NCBI GenBank assembly: GCA_002269645.1
Contig: NIVC01000201.1
Location: 124,001-188,000 of the forward strand
Source of the DNA: Macrostomum lignano
Lineage: Eukaryota
Direction: 5' to 3'
Length of the DNA: 64,000 nucleotides
The first letter of the stretch is position 1; every line of letters starts with the position of its first letter. The notes under the pieces were generated by a model. That model had not been told where the DNA came from and searched no databases. It worked only from the letters and a program-made list of their open reading frames with translations. This document shows, piece after piece, positions 11,901 to 24,100 of this stretch. Made by a program: the position numbers and the translations under genes.

Positions 11901-14008
11901 AAACGCCAAATCCATCCAACTATACTAAATCGACTATATTGAATGTTAAACGTCCACAGATAATATAAAAAACAATTTTCCAGAAGCATTTTATATCTCG
12001 TCAGGATTCTAGATGAACAAACTGAACGATTCGCACCTCAGGAGCCATCCAGCAGGGGGTGCCGACAAAGGTGTGCCTGGACACCGGATTAACGGACAAG
12101 CCGGTCAGCGGGTTGGTATTGATGAAGGCCGTGACACCGAAGTCGGCAATCTGAACGGACCCGTCATTCTTTAACAATATGTTGCCGCATTTTATGTCCC
12201 TGAAGGATAGGGTCGGGGTGCCACACGGACTGCTTTATAAGAAACTGAAAGCGCACTACAGCCTTTGCTGAGCTTTTCCACTCTCCTGAACCCTCTTCAT
12301 TTCCACTATTTCACCTTTCTACCCCTCCTTCTCCATCCTTCACTTCCAAAACCCGTCACTTTCTCAACCTTCACCTCCTACCCCTCACTTCCAAAACCCG
12401 TCACTTTCTCAACCTTCACCTCCTACCCATCACTTCCAAAACCCGTCACTTTCTCAACCTTCACCTCCTACCCCTCACTTTCAAAACCCGTCACTTTCTC
12501 AACCTTCACCTCCTACCCCTCACTTCCAAAACCCGTCACTTTCTCAACCTTCACCTCCTACCCCTCACTTTCAAAACCAGTCACTTTCTCAACCTTCACC
12601 TCCTACCCCCACTTCCAAAACCCGTCACTTTCTCAACCTTCACCTCCTACCCCTCACTTCCAAAACCCGTCACTTTCTTAACCTTCACCTCCTACCCCTC
12701 ACTTTCAAAACCCGTCACTTTCTCAACCTTCACCTCCTACCCCTCACTTCCAAAACCCGTCACTTTCTCAACCTTCACCTCCTACCCCTCACTTTCAAAA
12801 CCCGTCACTTTCTCAACCTTCACCTCCTACCCCTCACTTTTAAAACCCTTCACTTCCCCACCTTTCACTTCCCCACCCTTCACTTCCCCACCCTTCACTT
12901 CCCCACCTTTCACTTCCCCACCCTTCACTTCCCCACCTTTCACTTCCCCACCTTTCACTTCCCCACCTTTCACTTCCCCACCCTTCACTTCCCCACCCTT
13001 CACTTCCCCACCTTTCAGTTCCCCACCTTTCACTTCCCCACCTTTCAGTTCCCCACCCTTCACTTCCCCACCTTTCAGTTCCCCACCCTTCACTTCCCCA
13101 CCTTTCACTTCCCCACCTTTCACTTCCCCACCTTTCAGTTCCCCACCTTTCACTTCCCCACCTTTCAGTTCCCCACCCTTCACTTCCCCACCTTTCAGTT
13201 CCCCACCCTTCACTTCCCCATCCCTCACTTCCCCACCCTCTTTTCCCCATCCCTCAATTCCCTATCCATCACTTCCTCACCCCTCATTACCACCCTTCAC
13301 TTCCCCACCCCTCATTCCCTTCACTTCCCCACCCTTTACTTCTCCACCCTCCACTTCCCCACCCTTTACTTCTCCATCCTTCACTTCCCCACCCCTCAAA
13401 TCCGTTGTTCTCAATTCCAATTCCCTCTTTTCGCCTTGAATCAGTAATTTTATTTCAATTAAAAATAGCAGTCAATCACAGCCCGCAATTCACCTGTGCA
13501 CCAATCCGTTCTCGTGAATATACTGCAGGCCCTTGAGCACCTCTCGCACGATGGTAGCAATGGTATGCTCCTCAAACACCCCGTGCGCAATGCTCCTGGC
13601 AACCTTGACCTTGTTGATCACATCCAGCAGTGACCGCTCGCACAGATCCATCAGGATGAAGAGGAACTTGTCCTCGATGAAGCTGCCATAGTAGGCAACA
13701 ATATTCTCGTGTCGCAGCTTCTTCATGCCCTGCGTCTCCCGGTGCAGCTCGTCCATTGACACGGAGCTGCTGTCGAGGTTGACAACCTTGATGGCGATCT
13801 CGGCATTGTTGCGAGCGGGACAGATGGCCCGGTACACCTTGGAGGTGGCGCCAGTGCCCAGCAGCTTCTGCATGCTGTAGTTGGCCTTGCCTCGGGGCCA
13901 GGAGTCGCCGACAGCGGCAGCGGCAGCATTGAACATCGAAGTTGACGACGCGGTTGGGTGCAGCCGGCCGAGTAGCTGGTCATGCTGCTGCTGGGGCTGC
14001 TGCTGCAT
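8914..14008 (-). CDS. OXSR1: STE20-family kinase OSR1/SPAK (GCK-VI, fray-like) with C-terminal CCT domain; exons 14008-13494, 12199-12037, 11268-10978, 9827-8914; one-base frameshift near 9612-9616
   Basis: [18 protein letters not shown]|[12 protein letters not shown]...[14 protein letters not shown]|[18 protein letters not shown], then CCT-like LKFRLRK...[28 protein letters not shown]...FVGYAGLSV. Junction phases are consistent (515, 163, 291 nt). OXSR1 versus STK39 cannot be resolved. Confidence 0.88.
9860..10920. repeat. 17-bp minisatellite in kinase intron 3
   Basis: gggatatactcacatag units. Confidence 0.95.
11440..11900. repeat. About 39-bp minisatellite in kinase intron 2
   Basis: aactgacctactgatagtagaaaaatacgcaaatattgt units. 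Confidence 0.92.
12330..13400. repeat. 45-bp then 15-bp C-rich minisatellites in kinase intron 1
   Basis: ccctcacttccaaaacccgtcactttctcaaccttcacctcctac, then ccccacctttcactt. Confidence 0.95.
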
Positions 14009-14027
14009 ATCTGATTTTCAGGCAGGG

Positions 14028-14122
14028 CAGTTTGTCTTCTGACAGCATAAAATCAGACAGCCGTGCACTTTATTAAGGCACGTAATCATACACACGCTCA
14101 CGCAGGGTTTACAGAGGCCCTG
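14028..14122. repeat. 95-bp direct repeat, copy 1 (copy 2 at 14627-14721); carries minus-strand AATAAA
   Basis: cagtttgtcttctgacagc...ctttattaaggcacg...cagggtttacagaggccctg is present twice, 599 bp apart. Confidence 0.9.
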
Positions 14123-14323
14123 TCGAGAACTACATTTTAATTAGAGTAATATTGAACAAATAAGATAAGGAGCCAGTAAGTGGGCACAAGGCCCAAACCG
14201 ATATATTTATATGACATTGTTTAGCAATTTGACGATCATTATTCACATTTTTAATGCAGAACAATCCATTACTACAAACAATGCATTGTCTGTAGGATCT
14301 TCAAACAGAAAAACAATGCAAAG

Positions 14324-14418
14324 AATCAGCGGTCGCAGCACGTGACAACGATTTGTCTATGGCTCGCGCCTACCGGCGCTCGCCAGACAATCGCTGTCAC
14401 GCACTGGGACCGCTGATT
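14324..14418 (-). ncRNA. Pre-miRNA-like long hairpin
   Basis: 95-nt fold-back with a 4-nt loop and an 11-bp perfect basal stem (aatcagcggtc/gaccgctgatt). Three plus-strand A-C oppositions become G-U pairs on the minus strand. Confidence 0.45.
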
Positions 14419-14626
14419 ATTTATCCATTAACTTTGGGGGTGCAAGATAAGACAAGGGGGGTGCAGTGCGCGACTGAGGAAAGAGGCGAGAACGGAGAGC
14501 CAATCAGAACGCACGAAGCAAGGGAGAGAGAGATAAGAATAACAAGATTGAGCTAGACAGAGAGAGAGAAAACAGTAAACAGAGACAGGTGAAGGTGAAC
14601 TAAAGAAATGACTAGGAAAGTCGCGA

Positions 14627-14721
14627 CAGTTTGTCTTCTGACAGCTGAAAATCAGACAGCCGTGCACTTTATTAAGGCACGCAATCATACACCCGCTCAC
14701 GCAGGGTTTACAGAGGCCCTG
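14627..14721. repeat. 95-bp direct repeat, copy 2
   Basis: Near-identical to 14028-14122. Confidence 0.9.
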
Positions 14722-15299
14722 ACTTGCTGATCGTCAAGCATGTACATTCTCTGTGCCTTGGGAGGTTGGCTCTTGTAGTGCACAAAAGCCCCAAATGAAA
14801 GTGGCCGCACACGAAATTCGGTATGAGGTGTCAACCTCATCTGCCTTACAGCAAAGAGAAAAGAGTGCAACAGCAAAACAATTCTATTCAATAGCAGACT
14901 CGCTCATCCGCAGTATTTATTAAGCAACTTAATTTATTAAATATAATTAAGCTAATTTAAATGATAAATTTTAATCAACTAAACAGTAGTACAATTGGAT
15001 TGAGTTTAGCAAGGAGGTTTGTAAAATTATAATAGAAAATATTGCGCTGCACACTCATATATTTATAGTACTAGATAAATGCTTGAATTAGCAAATACTA
15101 TAATAAACGCTTGGACTTGCAGATCAGAGCTTTAGGGTACAGCAGCAGAATTAACAGATTGATGAAATTGTTTGGAAACAAAAAATATTTTTTAAAAAAC
15201 AATAAAATGCCACGAAAGGAATCCGCTGATTTTATAAAAGTGAAGTTGTAGTTGGATCTGAATCTTTCAGGTCTGACTGCCACAAATCAACGTACATGT

Positions 15300-15885
15300 A
15301 TTACCAAACCCAAAAATAAACCCAAACCTAAACACAAAACTGTAAACCCAAACCTAAATCCGAATTTTAAACCCGAAAATCGAAATCCAAATTTTAAACC
15401 CAAAAACCTAAATTCAAACTGTAAACCCAAAAACTTAAATCCAAATTTTAAACCCAAAAACCTAAATTCAAACTGTAAACCCAAAAACCTAAATTCAAAC
15501 TGTAAACCCAAAAACCTAAATTCAAACTGTAAACCCAAAAACTTAAATCCAAATTTTAAACCCGAAAACCTAAATCCAAATTTTAAACCCGAAAACCTAA
15601 ATCCAAATTTTAAACCCAAAAACCTAAATCCAAACTGTAAACCCAAAAACCTAAATCCAAATTTTAAACCCGAAAATTGAAATCCAAATTTTAAACCTAA
15701 AAACCTAAATCCAAATTTTAAACCCAAAAACCTAAATTTAAATTTTAAACCCAAAAATCGCAATCAAAATTTTAAACCCAAAAACCTAAATTCAAATTTT
15801 AAACACAAAAACATAAATCCAAATTTTAAACACAAAAACATAAATGCAAACTAAACCCAAAAACCGAACTCCAAACCCAAACGCC
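15300..15885. repeat. 27-bp A-rich minisatellite just 3' of the TRIP13 stop
   Basis: aaacccaaaaacctaaatccaaatttt units. Confidence 0.93.
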
Positions 15886-15929
15886 AACCTAAATTGGGAC
15901 AGTGAATAGTGGCGCTCCTCTTTAATCTT

Positions 15930-18900
15930 TCACTTCCCGTTGGTACTAACACCGACAGGAGCGGCAGCAACGGCAGCCGTTTCCATGGCAACCAGGAACG
16001 AATCCAACAGCAGGCCGGCGGCGCCGTCATTGCGGAACCGGCGACAGTCGGCCAGGCTGACGGAGTGGGCGAGCAGCGGTAGCTTGCGGAGCCTGCGGCC
16101 GCTCAGGCCACGACAGGCGCGGCTGAGAGCCAGCAGGCGGAAGCTGCACCGGAAGGTGTCGCTCTGAGCCAGCCGCTCTGAGGCGGCGCCGCCTAGCAGG
16201 TTCAGCTCCGAGTAGGCGTAGATTGCGGGCGGCTCCGCTGCGCCCGAAGCTGACGCCGACGACACGACACCGGCTCGAAGAAGCTCGCGAAGACAGCTGG
16301 CCAGAATCTCGTAAACAGCTGGCTCGTCTGGCAGCCCGATGTGCAGGCAGAGGTCGCAGCTGGGCCGGAGTTGCCAGGTTTTTAATATTGGCATGCCTGT
16401 CTCCCTGAGTCTGTGTCTCCCCCGCCCCCAATCCTGTGTCACTGAGTCTGTGCCCCCCAATCCTGTGTCACTGAGTCTGTGCCCCCCCCAATCCTGTGTC
16501 CCTGAGTCTGTGTCACTGAGTCTGTGCCCCCCAATCCTGTGTCACTGAGTCTGTGCCCCCCAAATCCTGTGTCACTGAGTCTGTGCCCCCAAATCATGTG
16601 TCACTGAGTCTGTCACTGAGTCTGTGCCCCCCTCAATCCTGTGTCACTGAGTCTGTGCCCTCCAATCCTGTGTCACTGAGTCTGTGCCCCCCCAATCCTG
16701 TGTCACTGAGTCTGTGCCCCCCCAATCCTGTCACTGAGTCTGTGTCACTGAGTCTGTGCCCCCAATCCTGTGTCACTGAGTCTGTGCCCCCCCAATCCTG
16801 TGTCACTGAGTCTGTGCCCCCCTCAATCCTGTGTCACTGAGTCTGTGCCCCCCAATCCTGTGTCACTGAGTCTGTGTCACTGAGTCTGTCACTGAGTCTG
16901 TGTCACTGAGTCTGTGCCCCCCAATCCTGTGTCACTGAGTCTGTGTCACTGAGTCTGTGCCCCCCAATCCTGTGTCACTGAGTCTGTGCCCCCCTAATCC
17001 TGTGTCACTGAGTCTGTGCCCCCCCAATCCTGTGTCACTGAGTCTGTGCCCCCCCCCCAATCCTGTGTCACTGAGTCTGTGCCCCCCCCAATCCTGTGTC
17101 ACTGAGTCTGTGTCACTGAGTCTGTGCCCCCCCCAATCCTGTGTCACTGAGTCTGTGCCCCAAAATCATGTGTCACTGAGTCTGTCCTGTGTCACTGTCT
17201 CACTGAGTCTGTCACTGAGTCTGTGTCACTGAGTCCGTCCCTCCAATCATGTGTCACTGAGTCTGTCACTGAGTCTGTGCCCCCCCCTTAATCCTGTGTC
17301 ACTGAGTCTGTGCCCGCCAATCCTGTGTCACTGAGTCTGTGTCACTGAGTCTGTGCCCCCCAATCCTGTGTCACTGAGTCTGTGTCACTGAGTCTGTGCC
17401 CCCCAATCCTGTGTCACTGAGTCTGTGCCCCCCCAATCCTGTGTCACTGTCTCACTGAGTCTATGTCACTGAGTCTGTCCCTCCAATCATGTGTCACTGA
17501 GTCTGTCACTGAGTCTGTGCCCCCCAATCCTGTGTCACTGAGTCTGTGCCCCCCAATCCTGTGTCACTGAGTCTGTGTCACTGAGTCTGTGCCCCCCAAT
17601 CCTGTGTCACTGAGTCTGTGCCCCCCAATCGTGTGTCACTGAGTCTGTGCCCCCAAATCATGTGTCACTGAGTCTGTGTCACTGAGTCTGTCACTGAGTC
17701 TGTGCCCCCCCTCAATCCTGTGTCACTGAGTCTGTGCCCCCCAATCCTGTGTCACTGAGTCTGTGCCCTCCAATCCTGTGTCACTGTCTCACTGAGTCTG
17801 TCACTGAGTCTGTGTCACTGAGTCCGTCCCTCCAATCATGTGTCACTGAGTCTGCCACTGAGTCTGTGCCCCCCTCAATCCTGTGTCACTGAGTCTGTGC
17901 CGGCCAATCCTGTGTCACTGAGTCTGTGCCCTCCAATCCTGTGTCACTGTCTCACTGAGTCTGTCACTGAGTCTGTGTCACTGAGTCTGTCCCTCCAGTC
18001 ATGTGTCACTGAGTCTGTCACTGAGTCTGTCACACTGAGCCTGTGTCACTGAGTCTGTCCCCCAATCCTGTCTCCCTGAGTCTGTGTCACTGAGTCTGTG
18101 TCCCCCCAATCCTGTCTCACTGAGTATGTGTCACTGAGTCTGTGTCCCCCCAATCCTGTCTCACTGAGTCTGTGTCCCAACAATCCTGTCTCACTGAGTA
18201 TGTGTCACTGAGTCTGTGTCCCCCCAATCCTGTCTCACTGAGTCTGTGTCCCCCCAATCCTGTCTCACTGAGTCTGTGTCCCCCCAATCCTGTCTCACTG
18301 AGTCTGTGTCACTGAGTATGTGTCACTGAGTCTGTCCCCCCAATCATGTAACACTGAGTCTGTCCCCCCAATCCTGTGTCATTGAGTCTGCCCTTCCCCC
18401 AATCATGTAACACTGAGTCTGTCCCCCCAATCCTGTGTCATTGAGTCTGCCCTTCCCCCAATCCTGTCTCACTGAGTCTCTCTGCTCACTTACCTGTCTC
18501 TTTTGAGTTAAACTTTTCTCCTCGACTGACTCCTGTATCACTCAGACTGCCTGTCTTTAGACTACGCCTGTCTCACCGAAACTGTAATTCTGCCATCCAC
18601 ACCTGTCTTTGTGGACTCACCGATCCAGGAAGGCCTCATCAATGGCCCCAGTGATATTGCTGGTTGTCAGCACCAGCACATTGGGCCACCGTTTCACAGC
18701 GTCCAGCTGGGTGAGCAGGGCGTTCACGACTCGAATGGAATCGCTGGGGTCGCTGCCTGACAGACAGGCCTGGCGGGCGGCGCTCAGACTCTCAACTTCA
18801 TCAACTAGCACGAACACCAGGCAGCGCTCGTCGGCCAAGTGTTCGTGCAGCTTGTCAAACATTTTCTGGACAAGTTTGCCGCTCTCAGAGAACCACTTGG

Positions 18901-19051
18901 AGAACAGGCTGTGGCTGTTCACCTCTACGAGGCAGCCGTAGTCGTATCTGGCGGGGGTGGAAATTGAAATTAGCAAAGCGAAGGCTTGAGATCAACTGCT
19001 GAAAGAGAGACATTTCCAAGCAGAGCAACAGGAACGTGGACAGACAGAGAA

Positions 19052-19096
<45 letters not shown>

Positions 19097-19098
19097 AG

Positions 19099-19177
<79 letters not shown>

Positions 19178-19228
19178 GGGCAGGCAGACAGACAGACAGA
19201 CAGGCAGACAGACAGACAAACAAACAAC

Positions 19229-19263
<35 letters not shown>

Positions 19264-20894
19264 CACAGACAGACAGACAGACAGACAAACGGGCAGGCAG
19301 ACAGACAGACAGGCAGACAGACAAACAAACAACACAGACAGACAGAAACAGACACCCGACATGCACCTGTCCGCCATGTGAATGCTGAGCTTGTGCGCCA
19401 GCGCCCTGCACAGGCTGGTCTTGCCGGTGCCGGGCTCGCCGTGCAGCAGGATGAGGCGGTTGCAGTTCACCACGGCTGGGTCCACCCCGGCGTCGGCGAA
19501 GCGCAGGGTGGAGTGCGCGTAGCCCAGCAGGCGGGGCTTCACGTCGGCGCCGAACATGAGGCTCTCCCAGACGCCTTCGAGGCTGGCGGCGGGCAGCACC
19601 AGGGTAGCGGCGGCCGAGACCTCCTCGCCGTCGTGGTTGATCCGCTCGGTGGCCGGTTGCTCCTCTTCGCAGAGCTGGTAGAGAGCCACCTGGCGGCGGA
19701 GGACGGGATACGCAGTGGTCTTAAAAAATTGCTTGATGAAGTCTGTCCCACTAAGTTGGTCTTTTAAAGGGTTCTTTTTGAGTACTTCCATGGCCCTTGA
19801 GTCTAGAACCTGTCTGTTCCATTCAGTGCAGTCAAATTTGCCTGTCTTATTACGGGGTATTGCTGAGATGTCAAGGCTCATGGGGTATTGCTGAGATGCC
19901 AAGGCTTACTTGGGGAATTACTGAGATGTCAAGGCTTACTGGGGGGGGGGGTTGCTGAGATGTCAACGCTTACTGGGGGAATTACTGAGATGTAAACGCT
20001 TACGGGTTGCTGAGATGTCAAGGCTTACTAGGGTTAGGGTAATTGCTGAGATGCCAAGGCTGATATGGGTATTGCTGAGATGCCAAGGCCCATAGGGGTA
20101 TTGCTGAGATGCCAAGGCTCATAGGGGTATTGCTGAGATGCCAAGGCCCATAGGGCTATTGCTGAGATGCCAAGGCTCATAGGGGTATTGCTGAGATGCC
20201 AAGGCCCATAGGGCTATTGCTGAGATGCCAAGGCTCATAGGGGTATTGCTGAGATGCCAAGGCCCATAGGGCTATTGCTGAGATGCCAAGGCTCATAGGG
20301 GTATTGCTGAGATGCCAAGGCCCATAGGGCTATTGCTGAGATGCCAAGGACGATGGATGGTGCTGCTGAAATACCGAGGCTCAAAGGGGATGCTGTTTGT
20401 TATCTTGGACTAGAAAGCTGGATTTTAGGGCTGGTGCTCTTTTTCTTAAAATATTATTTTCTTCAAGAAACAAACAGTACTGACTATAAAAGGCTTTCTA
20501 TATGAAAAAAGTTATTAAGTTCTCTGTTGCATCTCTAACGCAGCTATAAGATTGCCAGTTCGCATGCTAAATGCTTCCGAGAAGCTGCTCGCACCTCAAG
20601 CTGACAGTCCCGCACTCTCAGCCGCCGTCCCGTGAGCTTATCGCTCAGGTCAACAAAGGTCAATGCCACAACTTCATTGTGCAGATCCTCAGTCTGGGGC
20701 ACACTGAGGCGCTCGCCAACCGTCACCCGATCAATGGACAAGCGGACAAACTGGACCACCGCCTGGACAATGGCAGCGACATCCTCGGAGCCCGCGCTGT
20801 TGGAGAACTGCGATCGACGCGCTTCAACAACCAGACGGTGCAACTGAGGCTGAGGTGTACGCTGCTGCGGAGTTACCGACGGCGTGGAGGTCAT
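15930..20894 (-). CDS. TRIP13: Pachytene checkpoint AAA+ ATPase TRIP13/Pch2; exons 20894-20595, 19689-19367, 18947-18621, 16359-15930 (459 aa; an upstream in-frame ATG at 21008 is possible)
   Basis: Walker [34 protein letters not shown], Walker [42 protein letters not shown]. The N-terminal [11 protein letters not shown]...EDVAAIV matches the TRIP13 N-domain pattern. Exons total 1380 nt with matching phases. Confidence 0.93.
16400..18480. repeat. About 30-bp minisatellite filling TRIP13 intron 3
   Basis: tgtgtcactgagtctgtgcccccccaatcc units. Confidence 0.96.
19040..19352. repeat. (GACA)n microsatellite in TRIP13 intron 2
   Basis: Direct reading of the sequence. Confidence 0.97.
19860..20360. 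repeat. 29-bp minisatellite in TRIP13 intron 1; related units recur at about 43170-43860
   Basis: gctgagatgccaaggctcataggggtatt units. Confidence 0.92.
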
Positions 20895-21119
20895 TGACCC
20901 CGCCACGGACTCGCCTGCCGGTGGCACAGGCTGACTGGGCACACCTGGCGGCGAGTGCAAAATCCCGCAGCTGGTGTTGACAAAATTCGACAGCAATTTG
21001 AGAGGCATTCGTGACAGCGGACTGACCCTTGGCACTGCCTTCATTACAACTGCCCTCATTACTGGCCATGTAAAAGCTTCCCAGTTCAAAAATGCTATAA
21101 TATACATGTACGAATGAGG

Positions 21120-24100
21120 AGGGGCGGTTGACCCAGAATGGGGCCAGTTGACACAGAATAGGGGCCAGTTGACACAGAATAGGGGCCAGTTGATACAGAA
21201 TGGGGGCCAGTTGACACAGAATAGGGGCCAGTTGAAACAGAATAGGGGCCAGTTCAACCCAGTTGAAACAGAATAGGGGCCAGTTGACACAGAATAGGGG
21301 CCAGTTGATACAGAATGGGGGCCAGTTGACACAGAATAGGGGCCAGTTGACACAGAATAGGGGCCAGTTGACACAGAATAGGGGCCAGTTGACACAGAAT
21401 GGGGGCCAGTTGATACAGAATGGGGGCCAGTTGACACAGAATATGGGCCAGTTGATACAGAATGGGGGCCAGTTGACACAGAATAGGGGCCAATTGACAC
21501 ATAATAGGGGCCAGTTGATACAGAATTGGAGCCAGTTGACACAGAATGGGGGCCAGTTGACACAGAATGGGAGGGCAGTTGACAAAGTGGGGAGGGAACC
21601 AGTTGACACAGAATGAGAGGAGGGCAGTTGACAAAGAGTGCGGAGGAGGGCAGTTGACACAGAAAGGGAGGGCAGTTGACAAAGTTGGGAGGGAACCAGT
21701 TGACACAGAATGAGAGGAGGGCAGTTGACAAAGTGGGGAGGGAATCAGTTGACACAGAATGAGAGGAGGGCAGTTGACACAGAGTGGGGGCAGTTGACAA
21801 AGAGTGGGGAGGAGGGCAGTTGACACAGAGTGGGGGCAGTTGACAAAGAGTGGGGAGGAGGGCAGTTGACACAGAGTGGGAGGGCAGTTGACAAAGAGTG
21901 GGGAGGAGGGCAGTTGACACAGAGTGGGAGGGCAGTTGACAAAGTGGGGAGGGAACCAGTTGACACAGAATGAGAGGAGGGCAGTTGACACAGAGTGGGG
22001 GCAGTTGACAAAGAGTGGGGAGGAGGGCAGTTGACACAGAGTGGGGGCAGTTGACACAGAGTGGGGGCAGTTGACAAAGAGTGGGGAGGAGGGCAGTTGA
22101 CACAGAGTGGGAGGGCAGTTGACACAGAGTGGGGAGGAGGGCAGTTGACACAGAGTGGGAGGGCAGTTGACACAGAGTGGGAGGGCAGTTGACAAAGAGT
22201 GGGGAGGAGGGCAGTTGACACAGAGTGGGAGGGCAGTTGACAAAGAGTGGGGAGGAGGGCAGTTGACAAAGAGTGGGGAGGAGGGCAGTTGACACAGAGT
22301 GGGAGGGCAGTTGACAAAGAGTGGGAGGGCAGTTCACAAAGAGTGGGGAGGAGGGCAGTTGACAAAGAGTGGGAGGGCAGTTTACAAAGAGTGGGGAGGA
22401 GGGCAGTTGACACAGAGTGGGAGGGCAGTTGACAAAGAGTGGGGAGGAGGGCAGTTGACAAAGAGTGGGGAGGAGGGCAGTTGACACAGAGTGGGAGGGC
22501 AGTTGACACAGAGTGGGAGGGCAGTTGACACAGAGTGGGAGGGCAGTTGACACAGAGTGGGGAGGAGGGCAGTTCACAAAGAGTGGGGAGGAGGGCAGTT
22601 GACACAGAGTGGGAGGGCAGTTGACACAGAGTGGGAGGGCAGTTGACACAGAGTGGGAGGGCAGTTGACACAGAGTGGGGAGGAGGGCAGTTGACACAGA
22701 GTGGGAGGGCAGTTCACAAAGAGTGGGGAGGAGGGCAGTTGACACAGAGTGGGAGGGCAGTTGACAAAGAGTGGGGAGGAGGGCAGTTCACAAAGAGTGG
22801 GGAGGAGGGCAGTTGAAACAGAGTGGGAGGGCAGTTGACACAGAGTGGGAGGGCAGTTGACACAGAGTGGGAGGGCAGTTGACAAAGAGTGGGAGGGCAG
22901 TTGACACAGAGTGGGAGGGCAGTTGACACAGAGTGGGGAGGAGGGCAGTTGACACAGAGTGGGAGGGCAGTTGACACAGAGTGGGAGGGCAGTTGACACA
23001 GAGTGGGAGGGCAGTTTACAAAGAGTGGGGAGGAGGGCAGTTCACAAAGAGTGGGGAGGAGGGCAGTTGACACAGAGTGGGAGGGCAGTTGACACAGAGT
23101 GGGAGGGCAGTTGACACAGAGTGGGAGGGCAGTTGACACAGAGTGGGGAGGAGGGCAGTTGACACAGAGTGGGAGGGCAGTTCACAAAGAGTGGGGAGGA
23201 GGGCAGTTGACACAGAGTGGGAGGGCAGTTGACACAGAGTGGGAGGGCAGTTCACAAAGAGTGGGGAGGAGGGCAGTTGACAAAGAGTGGGAGGGCAGTT
23301 GACAAAGAGTGGGGAGGAGGGCAGTTGACAAAGAGTGGGAGGGCAGTTTACAAAGAGTGGGGAGGAGGGCAGTTGACACAGAGTGGGAGGGCAGTTGACA
23401 AAGAGTGGGGAGGAGGGCAGTTGACACAGAGTGGGAGGGCAGTTTACAAAGAGTGGGGAGGAGGGCAGTTGACACAGAGTGGGAGGGCAGTTGACACAGA
23501 GTGGGAGGGCAGTTGACACAGAGTGGGAGGGCAGTTCACAAAGAGTGGGGAGGAGGGCAGTTGACAAAGAGTGGGAGGGCAGTTTACAAAGAGTGGGGAG
23601 GAGGGCAGTTGACACAGAGTGGGAGGGCAGTTGACACAGAGTGGGAGGGCAGTTGACACAGAGTGGGAGGGCAGTTGACACAGAGTGGGAGGGCAGTTCA
23701 CAAAGAGTGGGGAGGAGGGCAGTTGACAAAGAGTGGGAGGGCAGTTTACAAAGAGTGGGGAGGAGGGCAGTTGACAAAGAGTGGGAGGGCAGTTTACAAA
23801 GAGTGGGGAGGAGGGCAGTTGACACAGAGTGGGAGGGCAGTTGACACAGAGTGGGAGGGCAGTTGACACAGAGTGGGAGGGCAGTTCACAAAGAGTGGGG
23901 AGGAGGGCAGTTGACAAAGAGTGGGAGGGCAGTTTACAAAGAGTGGGGAGGAGGGCAGTTGACACAGAGTGGGAGGGCAGTTGACACAGAGTGGGAGGGC
24001 AGTTTACAAAGAGTGGGGAGGAGGGCAGTTGACACAGAGTGGGAGGGCAGTTGACACAGAGTGGGAGGGCAGTTGACACAGAGTGGGATTGCAGTTCACA

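Noticed and set aside
14028-14721. LTR/TRIM retrotransposon call
   Set aside because: The direct repeats lack TG...CA ends, and no PBS, PPT or TSD was seen.
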